Assembly (NCBI RefSeq): GCF_016097555.1
Contig: NW_024532772.1
Location: forward strand, 67,754-131,753
Length of the DNA stretch: 64,000 nt
Direction of reading: 5' to 3'
Source of the DNA: Gigantopelta aegis
Lineage: Eukaryota
This document shows positions 35,674 to 48,500 of this stretch, in pieces (positions within the stretch are counted from its first letter, which is position 1; every line of letters starts with the position of its first letter). The notes below the pieces were generated by a model. The model was not told where the DNA came from. It ran no database searches and worked only from the letters and a program-made list of their open reading frames with translations. Position numbers and translations under genes: made by a program.

Positions 35674-37654
35674 GTAACGCTTTGATAATCTAAGATCATC
35701 CACTCTCTATCTTTCCCCCCCTCTCTCTCTCTCACACACACACAGGAGTACCTTCATTGGCTCCTTCCACATCTACAGCTCCAACTAAACAAGTGACTCT
35801 TTGATCGCTCCATCGACTCCCAATCTCGTCCTCCTATCCCATCCACTCCACCCATCTCATCCACTTCGCTACACAATTTCAAAAATGCTACATTCGCCAC
35901 CTCCCCTCTCCTCGTATCTCTATCCTACCCTTGATTCTGATGAAGATCTCTGATAGGTTACACCAGAGAGAGAGCAAAGCTTGAAGAACAAAGTAGTACT
36001 GAACATTACTCTCTATCCTGTTCTAACACGTTTGTCCTTTAGTTTCACAGTCTTTTCACTATGCCTTGAAGAGAGAAATTAATAATTTGAGACACTTTAA
36101 AGTTAAGCAGATACAACCCTTAACAAGCACGAAATGGACGCCACTCAGTAAACACTAGAATGTACTTTAAGTAAGTATCGGAAGAAAATCTCTCTCTCTC
36201 TCTCTCAGTCTCTTTCTCTCACAGTCTCTCTCTTCTCATAAAAAAGCTAACATCTCATTTTCCTTTTTTTAGTTGATGACAGCTTACCAAACAAATGCTC
36301 CTTTAATTGTTAATATCCCACGTGGAATATCCTCAGTTCTCCGAGTGTCAACTTAACAGTACTATTGCAAAACAAAGATGACTCTCCTGCTATCACAGCT
36401 GTCATTGAGGGTTTGTGGAGAAAGAAGCTGTTAAAGGAGAAACTATCACATTGTGGACATAATTATACACTAACTTCTACTTTTACAAAATTGGGAAGTG
36501 CTATAATTGAAGTGGTAGCGAGGAGATTTGAGTGATGATAAAGAATAATTGGTTTTTTTGTTTAGTTTTTGTTTTTGTTTTTGTTTACTAAACAAGCTCA
36601 AAAATTAATTTCAATTTTTTCCCCTATTGTAACTGCCATTGTCCAATTGTATCAATATTGTTATGATAATTAAAAGTACTTGTTAAACGTTCTATCAGTT
36701 AAATGGTATAGAGAGGATACTTCAGGTCAATGAAGTCTAAATGTTTCAGTGTGTATACCTATCTGAATAATTTGAGTTAGTAATCATCCCAACTCCAAAG
36801 GAACAGTAGATGCTTATCAACAGACAACTAACACTGTTTCCAAAGTTTGAAATCCCTCTGATGGTTGTAAATGCTAGAAATACGAGAGTACTTACAGCAG
36901 AGTGTCTGATTTTAAACTTTTATCGTTAATAGTCTTGGCAATCTCAGTTCCTATTATAAGTGACAATATTTTCTTATTTGAGACCAAATTCCTTTCGGAC
37001 TATCCATAAACCATTACTCTCATTCAGTCTTTTGTTAACACTCAATGTATTGATTAAATTTTCTTCATAGGACAGGACTATGGATAATGGATATGACAAC
37101 TCCCCTTTCCAGAAAAATGTACCATTGATGATGTATCATCAAATACTTTCCCACGTACATGTTTGGCTATAATAGGTACATGTACAGGATCATGTGGACA
37201 GACGTGGGTACCAAAGCATCCATTAAGGTTAGATAAACATTTAGAGTGTGTTTTTTGAACCATTTGGAAAGCAATACCTTATCATTTGATCATAGTGTAA
37301 ATATGTAATTAAATATATGTTGTTTAAAAGAAATTTAGCTTAATACTTATATGATATTTAGTTCTTTGTGGCTCCTATTAATTTAAATAATGATTTAAAA
37401 ATTAATATATCTAATGAGAGTTTAACAAATGTGTCATTTAGTTTAGACAAATTCAATGGGAAAAGTTCAGTAAGAGATGTTTGGTTAGTCAAATCGATAC
37501 TGTAGAAGTGGGGAAAAAATTATAAATTGTCTTTATATATTTTTACCTTTTGAAACTATCCACTCAGCATCTTTCAAGGCTTGTGAATAATTTGTTGAAT
37601 TCTTTCAGTATCTCTCTCATCAGAGTAAACTACGAAACTCCTATACCAAACAAC

Positions 37655-37686
37655 ATGTAATAATAATAATAATAATAAACAATAAC

Positions 37687-37731
<45 letters not shown>

Positions 37732-37735
37732 GTGT
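37655..37735. repeat. (ATT)n/(AAT)n microsatellite
   Basis: aataataataataataat... ORF 37630-37860 is its translation. Confidence 0.9.
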
Positions 37736-40259
37736 CTTATTCTGTGCTTATAATGCTGCTGTACATCTTCTGGTAAGAGTTGTAGCCTCCTCAGCAAGTG
37801 TCTGTAGAGAGCTAGAGGAGTCCTCACTACCAAGGTACCTACGAGTGCCATTAGCTTCAATTTTTAACCATTTCGTTCAATAATGGTCCACGCATGCGCA
37901 AACTATATACGTGTATTCGTGAAATAAAATTATAGTCATGCTGATTACATAATTATATACAGCCTCCTTGTATCACCAACACAGTAGCACTGCAATTGCT
38001 ATGTTAGTGGTGTCCTCAATGTCTGATGAACCATCCTATTTTTTAGAATTCCTGTAATCAACCAGCAAACAGTATGTTGTGAATGTACAAAGTCAGGTAT
38101 AATATTTTAAAGTTAAAAAAATTCAAATTAATGCAAAACTTATGCTGTCACATAGGAGTATGTTTACTGAAGGTATTACTAAACTTATACAGGATGTACA
38201 GTTATAGCAGTGGTACAACAACACTTTTATCAGAATCTCTTGTTCAAACTCTATCATGTAAAAGAAAAAAATACAATAAATATCAGAGCTTATTATTGAA
38301 AAACAGATACGAATTAATCATTGTTCCTGATAGATACCAAGATGTCATGAGTATTATGTTCAACTAGTCAATAATTAACTGAATTATTGATGCAAGGTAA
38401 GGTCTTGTATCACATTTTAAAAATGTTATTATTGACTACAGGACAAAACAACTAGTAGAACAAATTTCTAATGACGGATGGAAACAGGTTAACAAGTCAG
38501 TAATATTTTTATCAGCTATCGGGGGGACTCATTTTATCACAGTGACATGTAAAAATGTAATTACAGCAACAATAAGACACAGATAGTAGTGTGTGCTTGT
38601 ATTGAAAATACATGTTAGTAATGATATTAAGAGTGATACTCAATATTATGTTGAACAGTGTGTAACAAGAAAAATTCACCTTCAGGACTTGATTTTTGAG
38701 TTAGATAATTCAGTCAATATTCTAGACTACATTTGTGAAGGGTATGCACCTATAATCCTGTTATTTGACAAGATCAGTCATAGACTTGTCCCTAAGTTTA
38801 ATATAATATAAATTTAGGTATGGAAGCTGTGGTGAATCTCTTCAGACTATTGATGTAACAAAAAACATGCCAACCTTTATGTATTCACATAACAAAGACT
38901 TCAACATCGTTAGTCAAATATATTGTAACAAATAACATTTATAACATCAATTGTTATGTTTAATAGAAACTGAGTGTCCAGTTGTTCAAGTACAGGTATA
39001 AAACCTTAGATAAGATGTATGTAGCTAACACATACATCTGTATATTAACAATGTATGTATGTTATTTGCATATATCACATTCAGAAAACTACATTAAAAG
39101 GCCAGTGCCATTATAAACTTGTGGGGATAGTGAATATCAGAAATAGACACTACTCTTCATTATATACTCCACAAAAAAACAATACTTAATAGTTCTATAT
39201 CAGTAATACTAATGTATGTGCAAAATTGTATTTTTGTACAATTAATCACCAGTAATATAGGTTTACTCCTGTTAATACAGCAAAATCATTCAACAAGATA
39301 ACTTCTGCTTACATAAGAGAATGCAATAAACTTAAAAGGGGTTAAAAATTTGGATAAATAGCTGTGGGTAACCTACCTACTTGCCAGCCATTTTATTATT
39401 GAGAAGTAAACACCCCAAAATAAAATAAACGTACTTTTCAATTAATACACTTATATATAATATATACAGTCCACATGATAATCACATGATTTATCAGAGA
39501 GGTACTGATTCACATGATGCATGATACACATACATCTTTGTTCTCCTCTGGTCTACTGGTGATGAATTAAAAGAGTACAAATATTTAAATATAGGTTCAT
39601 TCATACAGCAAACCATTTGAGGTTGAGATAATTCATTCTCCTATCCAGTGTGGCCAGACATGAACGAAGAGGGTAGAGAAGCAGCAAATGTTGCTAGGGA
39701 TTTAAGTTCTGTCGAAAGGGAGGTAAAAGGGATATGAAAAGTGGGGTGTTGGTCATAAACTCCTCTGATTGGAACGTTGTTGATAATAGTCTAATGCTTT
39801 CTTAAGAAATGTGGAGACAGAGGCTTTGGACAATGTAACAAATGTTAACAAAACAGCTGCTAGTTCTAGAACACAGTGGAGATGACAAAGTCGCTGACAA
39901 CAGTCAAGTATAGTACCATCTGACGAGAAAAAGACCTCCACTTCTGATTGGGGTAGCTAGTCCATTTGAAGTAAAATAGATGACATAATCACGTTGCATT
40001 TTTTCAAGACCTTATTTCTGCTAGACATTGAATGGCTTTCTTTCTGTTAAAAGTAATTGTAATTTAGAGGCAACAACTTGTCGGTTCATCGTTAGATTTA
40101 GCTGAGAGCGCTTGACGAAAGAGATTTGCTAAAGTACTATTCTTATTATGATGAATGTAGGGTTGTGTACGACCAAGCAATACAGCTGTAAAAAACTAAT
40201 CCAAACGTATCAAAACTAAGTCACTAGGGTCAGCTGCATGTTTAGCACAAAAACATCCA

Positions 40260-41491
40260 TAATTGACCAACAAAATCAAGATCTTTCACGAGGTTGAAAA
40301 GGAGAACACTCGATAGCCGGAGAGAGGATTGATACTTCAAATGCACGTAACATTTGAGAGGATGCTTCTTCAAGAAAACCAGCTGTTTTGGGTGCTATAC
40401 TTGTCGGGGTTTCCAAAACATTTTCTTCATCTGACAAAGACCAGTAGAAACAGCAGAAGCAACTTTACAAAACTCCAAAAGGGACTCTATTTCTTTATAA
40501 ACATTGTAAAACTGGTGAATATTGAAAACCCAGGAGTTGCTTGGACTCTCAAAATAACGTCAGCAGTGTTAGGTGGAGGAGAGAAGACAGCATCTACTCC
40601 TTGCCACATGAACTCTATCGCTAGTTGACTATTAAGATATTCACTAGTCTCATCGACACATGGACCAATGGGTAGAGACTGGTCATCCAAACTAGTCTGT
40701 TTCGTAGTTGCTCAGATGATGATTTTTTCCGCGTAGGAAGAAGAGTTTTGGGTTTAATAGAGTAGGGCTGATTAGGATCAATTAACAGGGACTTCCTCTC
40801 TTGTATTCTGTAGAGGATCAAAGTGGATTGTCCCGATAATTTGTCTATATTAATTGAACAACCAAGTGCGACAGTATTTTTTGCATTTTTACTGCAAGGA
40901 ATCCATAATTCTGGTGCTTCTTCTAATGGTATGTTTCCACGACACCAAATAGCATAGCACGAACATAAATAATTAGCCAAATGTAGTGGGAGGGGCTTTT
41001 ACATCAGTATCCATGGCAATCGATAATGATGGTACTTCAAGTGGGCATGATTGTTTGTGTTGTTAAGTAGACCTTTTGTTGTTTTAGTACATGAGAAATT
41101 GATACCTGTGAATGGGCAGTAATATTGAATGGAGCTTTGTATGGGGTGGGTGTGGTCATGTCGGGACTCTCCTGTATTATTGGTTCTTGAGGGGTACTTG
41201 AGGATAACTGGTGACAAATACTGGCTTTCTGTTGATGAGGACCTACAATATGACTAAAAGGAGTCACAGTCCCCTTATCAAATGCAGTTAATATGTAGCG
41301 GTCTTTGTATAGAGTTGATGGAGTTGTTGGTCATGACTGATGTTATGGCTACACACTAACAGTGCTTGGCAGAATTCTTCTATCAAGCCATCTTCTAACC
41401 TGGTGAATGTAAATGAAGTCTCATCTAGTTCGTTTGTGACAGTACCAGCCTGTCTTAATTCAGATGAAAGATCCATCTTTGCACAATCCAC
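40260..41491 (-). CDS. unidentified multi-piece minus-strand gene, frameshifted or spliced, that shares a promoter with the XBP1-like gene
   Basis: Consecutive same-strand ORFs 41491-41288 (MDLSSELRQAGTVTNELDETSFTFTRLEDGLIEEFCQALLV..), 41267-41037, 40980-40621 (..APELWIPCSKNAKNTVALGCSINIDKL..) and 40690-40487 (..YLNSQLAIEFMWQGVDAVFSPPPNTADVILRVQ..). No family recognised. Confidence 0.3.
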
Positions 41492-41744
41492 CCTCTTTTA
41501 ACAGTCTTCAAAGTTCAAATTAAAATTTCCGCAAAAAATTGTAAACACGCCTAACTACCACGCCCTTAAAATTGACCAAATCAGATTCAGCCAGATCAGA
41601 ATAGCTACGGTATTGTCACTATTGTGTTGCATCAGTTACAATTGACCAATCAAAGGTAAACAAAGTTAGCAGAAGTACTAGAGAGAAGAGTATTAATAAT
41701 GACAATAATTATTAAATGATTCCTCATCTCAAGAAGTAATAGAG
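41492..41744. promoter_or_regulatory. ~250-bp bidirectional promoter region with GC-box-like CCACGCC motifs and CCAAT boxes
   Basis: aaACACGCCtaactaCCACGCCCtt at 41544-41566. attgaCCAAAtcag at 41571 and caattgaCCAATcaaagg at 41640. Confidence 0.45.
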
Positions 41745-42050
41745 ATGGATGCAAGTTTACTTACCAAAGGATTGTCGCCGAAACCAAAGATTCCTACTAC
41801 AACTGGTGACAATCAATTATTATTGTTGGGACTACAGCTCCTCAATAAATCATTAAAGTTACCTTATGCTGTGGTCAAACCTCAAGTTCAACCTCCTGAA
41901 AAAGGTGGAATTGGAGCTCTAAAGGATGGAGGAGAAGAGTTCGATAAAAATGATTCTCGTGAAAGTACACCTTCACCTCCGATGACTGGGAACAGCCGCA
42001 AGAGAAAAACATGATGGAGAACTGAGTGAAATGGAGAAAAGAGAGAAACG
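41745..42050 (+). CDS. XBP1: XBP1-like bZIP transcription factor, exon 1 (N-terminus + start of basic region). 1-nt frameshift at the A5 run at 42006-42010
   Basis: MDASLLTKGL...SPPMTGNSRKRK / HDGELSEMEKREKR matches XBP1 ..RKRQRLTHLSPEEKALRRKLKNR. GTAAGG donor at 42051. Confidence 0.7.
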
Positions 42051-42098
42051 GTAAGGTCCACAAGTTCACTCAAGACAATCAATTATCACTACATTTAG

Positions 42099-42194
42099 GA
42101 AAATGATGAACAGAGTAGTAGCACAGAACGCTCGAGATAGGAGAAGAATTATCTTGAGAGCTTAGAAATGAAGGTTGCACAGCTAGAAAAACAA
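42099..42194 (+). CDS. XBP1: XBP1-like exon 2 (basic region and start of leucine zipper). 1-nt frameshift near 42150
   Basis: KMMNRVVAQNARDRRR / KNYLESLEMKVAQLEKQ matches NRVAAQTARDRKKARMSELEQQVVDLEEENQ. Acceptor catttag, donor GTAAGT. Confidence 0.75.
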
Positions 42195-42241
42195 GTAAGT
42201 AATTGATGAATTACATCGATGTTGTCATATGTTATTATTAG

Positions 42242-42477
42242 AAAAGGAACTCCTTGAACAGAACAAAGAACTAAAGAGCAAAACAGATACTTTAGTTACT
42301 GAGAAAAGAGCTCTAGAATTGAAACTAGCACAATCATCATCTTTGGAGGCAACTCAAGATGGAGTAAGTATATCTAGTGTGACGGAAGAGAGTGGAATGG
42401 AGTGTGCTGGTCTGCCGTACCCTCAATTTCTCTGCAGCAGAAATGCACTCTTGTTCTACTCTCCCAAACCTGGATGA
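42242..42477 (+). CDS. XBP1: XBP1-like exon 3: zipper end, IRE1 splice site, unspliced-frame stop at 42475-42477
   Basis: KELLEQNKELKSKTDTLVTEKRALELKLAQSSSLEATQDG...AGLPYPQFLCSRNALLFYSPKPG* matches ..LLLENQLLREKTHGLVVENQELRQRLG. Confidence 0.7.
42415..42434 (+). other. XBP1: candidate 20-nt IRE1-excised unconventional intron
   Basis: 5' loop CUG|CCGU at 42412-42418 with stem GGU/ACC. 3' loop CUG|CAGC at 42432-42438 with a perfect 6-bp stem AUUUCU/AGAAAU at 42426-42431 and 42439-42444. Both loops fit CNG|NNGN. Intron length 20, which is 2 mod 3. Confidence 0.65.
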
Positions 42478-42649
42478 TCCTCAGGTCAGTAATCCACCAT
42501 TTGTCCAATATAATAGGACTTCTCATACTTTGAGTTGTGGACACTTGTGTACTAAACAATGGTGTTAGCAATGTCCACTCATCATTTCTCTCGAACACAG
42601 CAAGTCATTTACTTTCTTCTCTTTCTTTCTCTCTGTAGTCTCAGTTGCT

Positions 42650-42839
42650 TGCTTTCCTGTATAACGAACTGGCAGGAACCAAACAGTCTCCCACACAAAC
42701 CCTCATCAGAGCTTTTCATCACTACCGAACCAACTACCAGATAGCTACCAAGAATTTGTTTCCATTAGAGCGACAACGCCCACCAATAACGACTCTGGTG
42801 GGGACCACATCAACTCAGTTGGAACCACCCATGAACTAA
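42650..42839 (+). CDS. XBP1: downstream exon in the alternative frame, likely the activation domain of the spliced form
   Basis: Acceptor ctctctgtag. SQLLAFLYNELAGTKQSPTQTLIRAFHHYRTNYQIATKNLFPLERQRPPITTLVGTTSTQLEPPMN*. A further acidic segment at 42900-43035 (SELDKFLLDLNL) is in yet another frame. Confidence 0.4.
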
Positions 42840-44284
42840 CATCTAATTTTTCCCCTTCTCCTAATATTGCTACTGACTTTTCGATTTCTTATCAAACACA
42901 CCAGATACCTTCCAGTATCCTTATCAACCATTGACTCCAGAGAGCGTCAGGATGTCCCCAAAGGGATTTATGTCTGATAGCGAACTGGACAAATTCCTAT
43001 TGGATTTGAATCTGACAATGGCGCGATACTGGTTTTGATCTGGACAGTTTATATGACTTGTAAATTGTAGTATTATATATAGTATTGTAATATTTGTTTA
43101 AAACTAACTGTTATTTGTTGCAGTATATTTTTCTTTGTTCAATTAATTGCTAATTTTTTTGTCATTCAATGATTTTCTATTAATTTCAATATTCTAACAT
43201 ATGTTGTCATAGAGTGGAGGATATTTACATGAAGGTCTGTGCTACTGATGAACTGAGCTTTCCTGAGTTGTTTCTCTTTCTTTCTCTCCTGAGTTTTACG
43301 AGTCTGTCTAGTTCTTTCTCTAACTCTTACACTTTTCTTCGTTCTTTCTAACCCAGTGGTTTCCTTGTACCAAAATCCTAGTCCGCCCTCCTCCCAGTAT
43401 TCCGATGCTTAACGCTAATACACGACCTCCTGTTGACATTTCTCTCCAAAAGAGGGGAGAGAGCTTTAATTAGAATTTTAGGGTTATTTTTTTTTTAATT
43501 ATTTTTTTATTGTTTGTTCTTCCTTTGCTGCTTTTTTCCTTTCTTCTTTGATTTTCAATGGAGGTAGTGTTGGTAGTTTGAAGTGAGTTCTGAGAATAGG
43601 AAAACAGGAAAACAATCAACTATGATCTATTGTATCACAATAAACTAGCAAGATATGTTGGCAAACTCTAATAGTACTGGACACATCTTATAAGCCAATA
43701 TCAACCTAAGTTAGGGCTGGTTCGTAATATTACGCAGTATCATAAAGAGAGATATTGAAAATTGACTTACTGGACAGACTGAACATATTGGAATGAAGTT
43801 ACAGAATACTAGTGAAAAATAATGTTATATAAATATTATAATATTGGGTACTTACTTGCTAGACATACTGAACATACAAACCCTATATCAACTAATTTCT
43901 GATGACAAAAACCAAGCTGCTCTATAATCAACAACAGATGTAGAAGGAAGAGAGAGAAGAGATCGTGTACTAATGTCAGGTAGAAAAAATCCACTGAATA
44001 AAAAAAATGAAAAGTAAACAATATCACATGTAATGTAAAGATCTTCCTATACAATTAAAAGATTGTTATATCAGTATTATAAAGAGATTGTACTAACAAA
44101 ATGTGTTATTGTTATTGTTAATTACCAGTAGAAATTGTAGTAATGCAGCAGGTTCAGGGACTTTGATATAAATACCACCAGTAAGATCAGCTGCCTGTTT
44201 GTAGATAACTAGACTCCTCCCCACAATACACAACAGTCAATTATAATGTTCTGTGTATAGACCATGATAACAATACTAGTATAT

Positions 44285-44432
44285 AAGAAAATCTCTCTCT
44301 CTGGCTCTCTGTCTCTGTCTCTGTCTCTCTCTCATCGTTCTCTCTCTCTCTTACTCTCTCTCTCCTCTCTCTCTCTCTCTTCTCTCTCTCTTCTTTCTCT
44401 CTCTCTCTCTCTCTCTCTCACTTGTTTTTGTG
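44285..44432. repeat. (CT)n compound microsatellite
   Basis: ctctctctctggctctctgtctctgtctctgtctctctctc... ORF 44264-44467 is its translation. Confidence 0.9.
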
Positions 44433-44758
44433 CTGCAAAAAGACAATTCATAGTTGCCATATGTTGAGCTGCCATATCGGGAGCTGATCTGATGACTACA
44501 ATATATATATAGTTTTTAAATGTATTATGTCAGTTTAATACTTACTAAAATTCGTGGCTTTATAGTTTTTCCCCTGCTTGAGCTTCTCTAATACATCTTT
44601 GTATATCTTAAAATATGAGTCAAAGAAATAGCTACTTTCTCCATCCATTCATCCATTTATTAAAACATTCATTCAGATACAACAAAGACATCTACTTAAT
44701 CCACTAGACAATAAAGTAGAACTCGCCATTAATACCGGAGGATTCTCTATAATAACAT

Positions 44759-45261
44759 CTATGACATCATTATGACATCATCATATAACACACCTGCTAT
44801 TGATGCTAACACGCACTTCATTTCTTGTCTCAACAGACCATTCATGTGAGCGAGTGGTTCATACTTTCCTGACATTAATTCTTCATCTGTTTCCTCAAGT
44901 TCCAAACGACCGGCCACAGGATAAATAATATGACTATTTAAAGCAATTGCAATTGGTTGTTTCCATGGTAACCATGTTATGTTTTGTTGTACCTTCCAGC
45001 TTGATGACACAGAATGACACTGGACTGAATTAGAGTGACAAGAGAGCAGATATGAGTTGAGAAAAGTGATCACATGATCTACACATTGCTGAAAAGTTAA
45101 CTATATAATTCAAAAAATTGTTAAATAAAAAATTTAAAATGCATTGTTGAACAGCAATAACGCACAGTCTGTGAAGAGTCTTCTAATGATGTGCTTAGGT
45201 CATAATATTCTGAGAGGTCCAATACAACTAATAGAGTTTTTTTCTCTGCAGATGCAGCCAT
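44759..45261 (-). CDS. unidentified small minus-strand gene, at least 2 exons, transcribed divergently from MVP
   Basis: Exon 45261-45120 MAASAEKKTLLVVLDLSEYYDLSTSLEDSSQTV.. and the 104-aa ORF 45073-44759 (..ITWLPWKQPIAIALNSHIIYPVAGRLELEETDEELMSGKYEPLAHMNGLLRQEMK..). Confidence 0.35.
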
Positions 45262-45584
45262 CTTGTTTCATTGTTAAAATTTAATTTCAATGTTTCTAAA
45301 ATGTCCTACAATTAGATCATTTACGGTAATATGTTCAAGCACTCCGTTTTATTAGATTGAACTTCCGCAGGCGTTGTCGCTGCTTAGCAAGGGTCGTCTC
45401 ACTAGTTTGCTGTATCATTCTCTCTCCTCTCGCAGCTCGCAGATTAGTGGTAAGTTCTATTTGCATGCTTACACACACGCTTTGACTGAAAAGTGATGAT
45501 AAATGTTTTGCATGAGTAATGCGTAATCTGTTTGTGGGGGGGCGGTTCGTTTATTGCTTTTTGCTTGCAAGTAGGTTAACCATT
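45262..45584. promoter_or_regulatory. divergent promoter region including a non-coding MVP 5' exon and a 5'UTR intron
   Basis: ..tctcgcagctcgcagattagtg then GTAAGT at about 45449, and acceptor ttgcaagtag at 45572 just before the MVP ATG. Confidence 0.4.
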
Positions 45585-48500
45585 ATGGAGAGGACTGGCG
45601 TAAAGAAGGACGGAGAATCTAAAAGTATCTACCGTATACCACCACACTACTATCTTCATGTTCTTGACCAAAATACCATGTTACAAAGGTAAGTGAATGC
45701 AAACCAATATCACCACTCTTATCTTAAATAACAGGTTGAAGTCGGACCTAAGACCTTCATTCGTCAAGACAATGAAAAGGTCATCGTTGGTCCTGAAAAA
45801 ATGATTGTGGTACCTCCACGTCACTATTGCATTGTTGAGAACCCAATACTAAGAAATAAGACAACTTACCTATTGTTGACAGCCACGGACAAGTCAAGTT
45901 ACGTCATGCTGATCAAGAAATTAGGCTGGCTCAAGACCCTTTCCCGCTATTTCCAGGAGAGGTTCTAAAACAGGTATATATAACTAATGTTAGCAAAATA
46001 GAATGCATTATCTCTCTTTCTCATTTCAGGCTGTGACACAGTTGAAAGTAGTACCAGCTAAACTCCGCCCTTCGTCTGCGTGCTATTTTGGACTTTGAGG
46101 AGTTTGATGGTACTAAGAGAATTGCTGGAGATGAATGGCTGTTTGAAGGACCAGGTAAACATATCATTGGTTTGTGTTGTGTGCCCTAAAGATTAAATTA
46201 GTTTCATTATGAGTGCCACAAATTTATCAATTGTTTAGTGAAATTAAAAACGGGAATAAAGAAGTTTAGTTTGAGTTTAGTTTCTTAACTTGACCTTCCC
46301 TCTCATGATCTTCTCTTGTTTGCTCTCATTGAATGATACATTTAGTAACACTAAGAGATTGTTCACTATAGTAGGAGTTGTGTGTACTGAACATATTACA
46401 TTAAACTATGTGGCATTCTAGAGTTACAGATAATGCATAGACATTACTATCATTACACCTCTGAGGATAATCCTGCTTACCAAATTTCTAACTACCCACA
46501 AACAGAACTAAATTTAAAAGTATATTATACATCAAACTCTCTTCTCTTTCTTGGAAGACATTTTCAGCCCTGACCTAGCCAGCTAAATTAGGTCAAAGTG
46601 TGTAATTAAATTCATTCTAGTTATCTTAACCAGTTTAGCAACAAGTACAAGTAATAGCAACACTTAACAGGTGTTTGTGTTTTGAATAAACCAGCACCTG
46701 TCAAGACCTTATCCATTCCTCTTCCTCCCTCCTTTAGGGACCTACATACCTTGCAAGGAAGTGGTTGTTGAAGAGACTATCAGAGCTACCGTCATCCGAC
46801 CTAACCAGGCGATCAAGCTGAGAGCACGCAAAGAGACAACTGTGCGTTAAAATGTTGCTTCAAATTGTTTTTAATTATGTTTTCTTTTATAGGATCGTGA
46901 TGGTAATCCTCGTGTTACTGGTGAGGAGTGGCTTGTAAAGAAAGTTGGTGCATATTTGCCAGGAGCTTATGAAGAAGTTGTCGATGTTGTGGATGCCTAC
47001 GTCTTGACTGAAAAGGTAAACTGACAAAATACTAACTAAATTAAATACTGACCAATCCTTATTTGGAACTTACTCATTTCTCCATGTCAATTAGGTTGCC
47101 CTGCATATGAGAGCCACTAGAACATTTACAGATCGTAACGGAGTGACAAGAAAGAATGGAGAAGAATGGCTGATAAAAATGGAGGACACTGAAGCTCATA
47201 TACCTGATGTTTATGAGGAGGTAAGACAGAGAGACAACAGACAAGTAACAGGCTGATTGTTGTATGACAGATACCTATTTGATAAATTTTTAGAATCTTT
47301 CTTCTCTATTTCTAGGTTGTCGGGATCGTCAACATTACTACTCTCAACAATCGACAATACTGTGTCATTTTAGATCCTGCAGGAGATGATGGCAAACCTC
47401 AACTGGGTCAGAAGAAGCTTATAAAGGGAGAGAAATCATTCTTCTTGAGACCTGGAGAGAGATTGGAGAAGGGTATTCAAAATGTCTATGTTTTGGGTGA
47501 AGACGAGGGTCTTATTTTGAAAGCCAGTGAAAGTTTTGTGGACAATGATTTGGTGAGTTCGTGTTACAAATCTGAAACCCAATCCACAAGTTTCAGACTT
47601 GTTCCAAAATCATAATTAAATTCCATGATTCTAGGGAGCTGAGCGCAGACCAGGAGATCGTTGGATGATCCGAGGACCTTTGGAGTATGTTCCACCAGTT
47701 GAAGTTGAGGTACTGACAAAACGCAAGGCAATCCCTCTTGATGAGAACGAGGGTATCTATGTGAGAGATATTAAGACAGGTCGTGTACGAGCTATCTGTG
47801 GTGCCACCTACATGCTAACGCAAGATGAAGAACTATGGTCTAAGGAACTTCCTCCTGGTGTCGAAGAGCTCCTCGCACAAGGGAAAGACCCACTGGCTGA
47901 TCGCTCAGATCGAAGTAAGAGATTTTAATTCATAGTTTTACTTTGCCGTTATTTATGGTAATTCAGAATTCCATTCCTATTATTTCATATCTTCATTTCT
48001 AATATTCCATTCTTAGTTCTATTTGTGACTTATGTTTTTCAGGTCGTCCCTCTGCTCAAATAAAACGTGACAAAACAAAGTTGTAAGCTTCAGAGTACCA
48101 CACAATGCAGCTGTCCAGATATATGATTATAAGGACAAGATGGCTCGTGTTGTATTTGGTCCTGAAATGGTCATGTTAGGACCTGATGAGCAGTTTACTC
48201 AGCTTAGTCTTTCTGGCGGGAAACCAAAACGACCCAATCAGATCAAGTCACTCTGCTTGTTGCTAGGACCTGATTTCTGCACTGATATCATTACCGTGGA
48301 AACAGCTGATCATGCTCGTCTTTCTCTACAGCTTTCCTACAACTGGTCAGTCTTGTTTTAGTCATAGCAGCTGTTTTATTTATCAATATGTTTTTGGTGT
48401 AGGCATTTTGAAGTTGACAAGACCAATGCCGATGATGCTGCTAAGATCTTTTCTGTTCCAGATTTTGTTGGTGACGCATGCAAAGCCATTGCCTCTCGTG

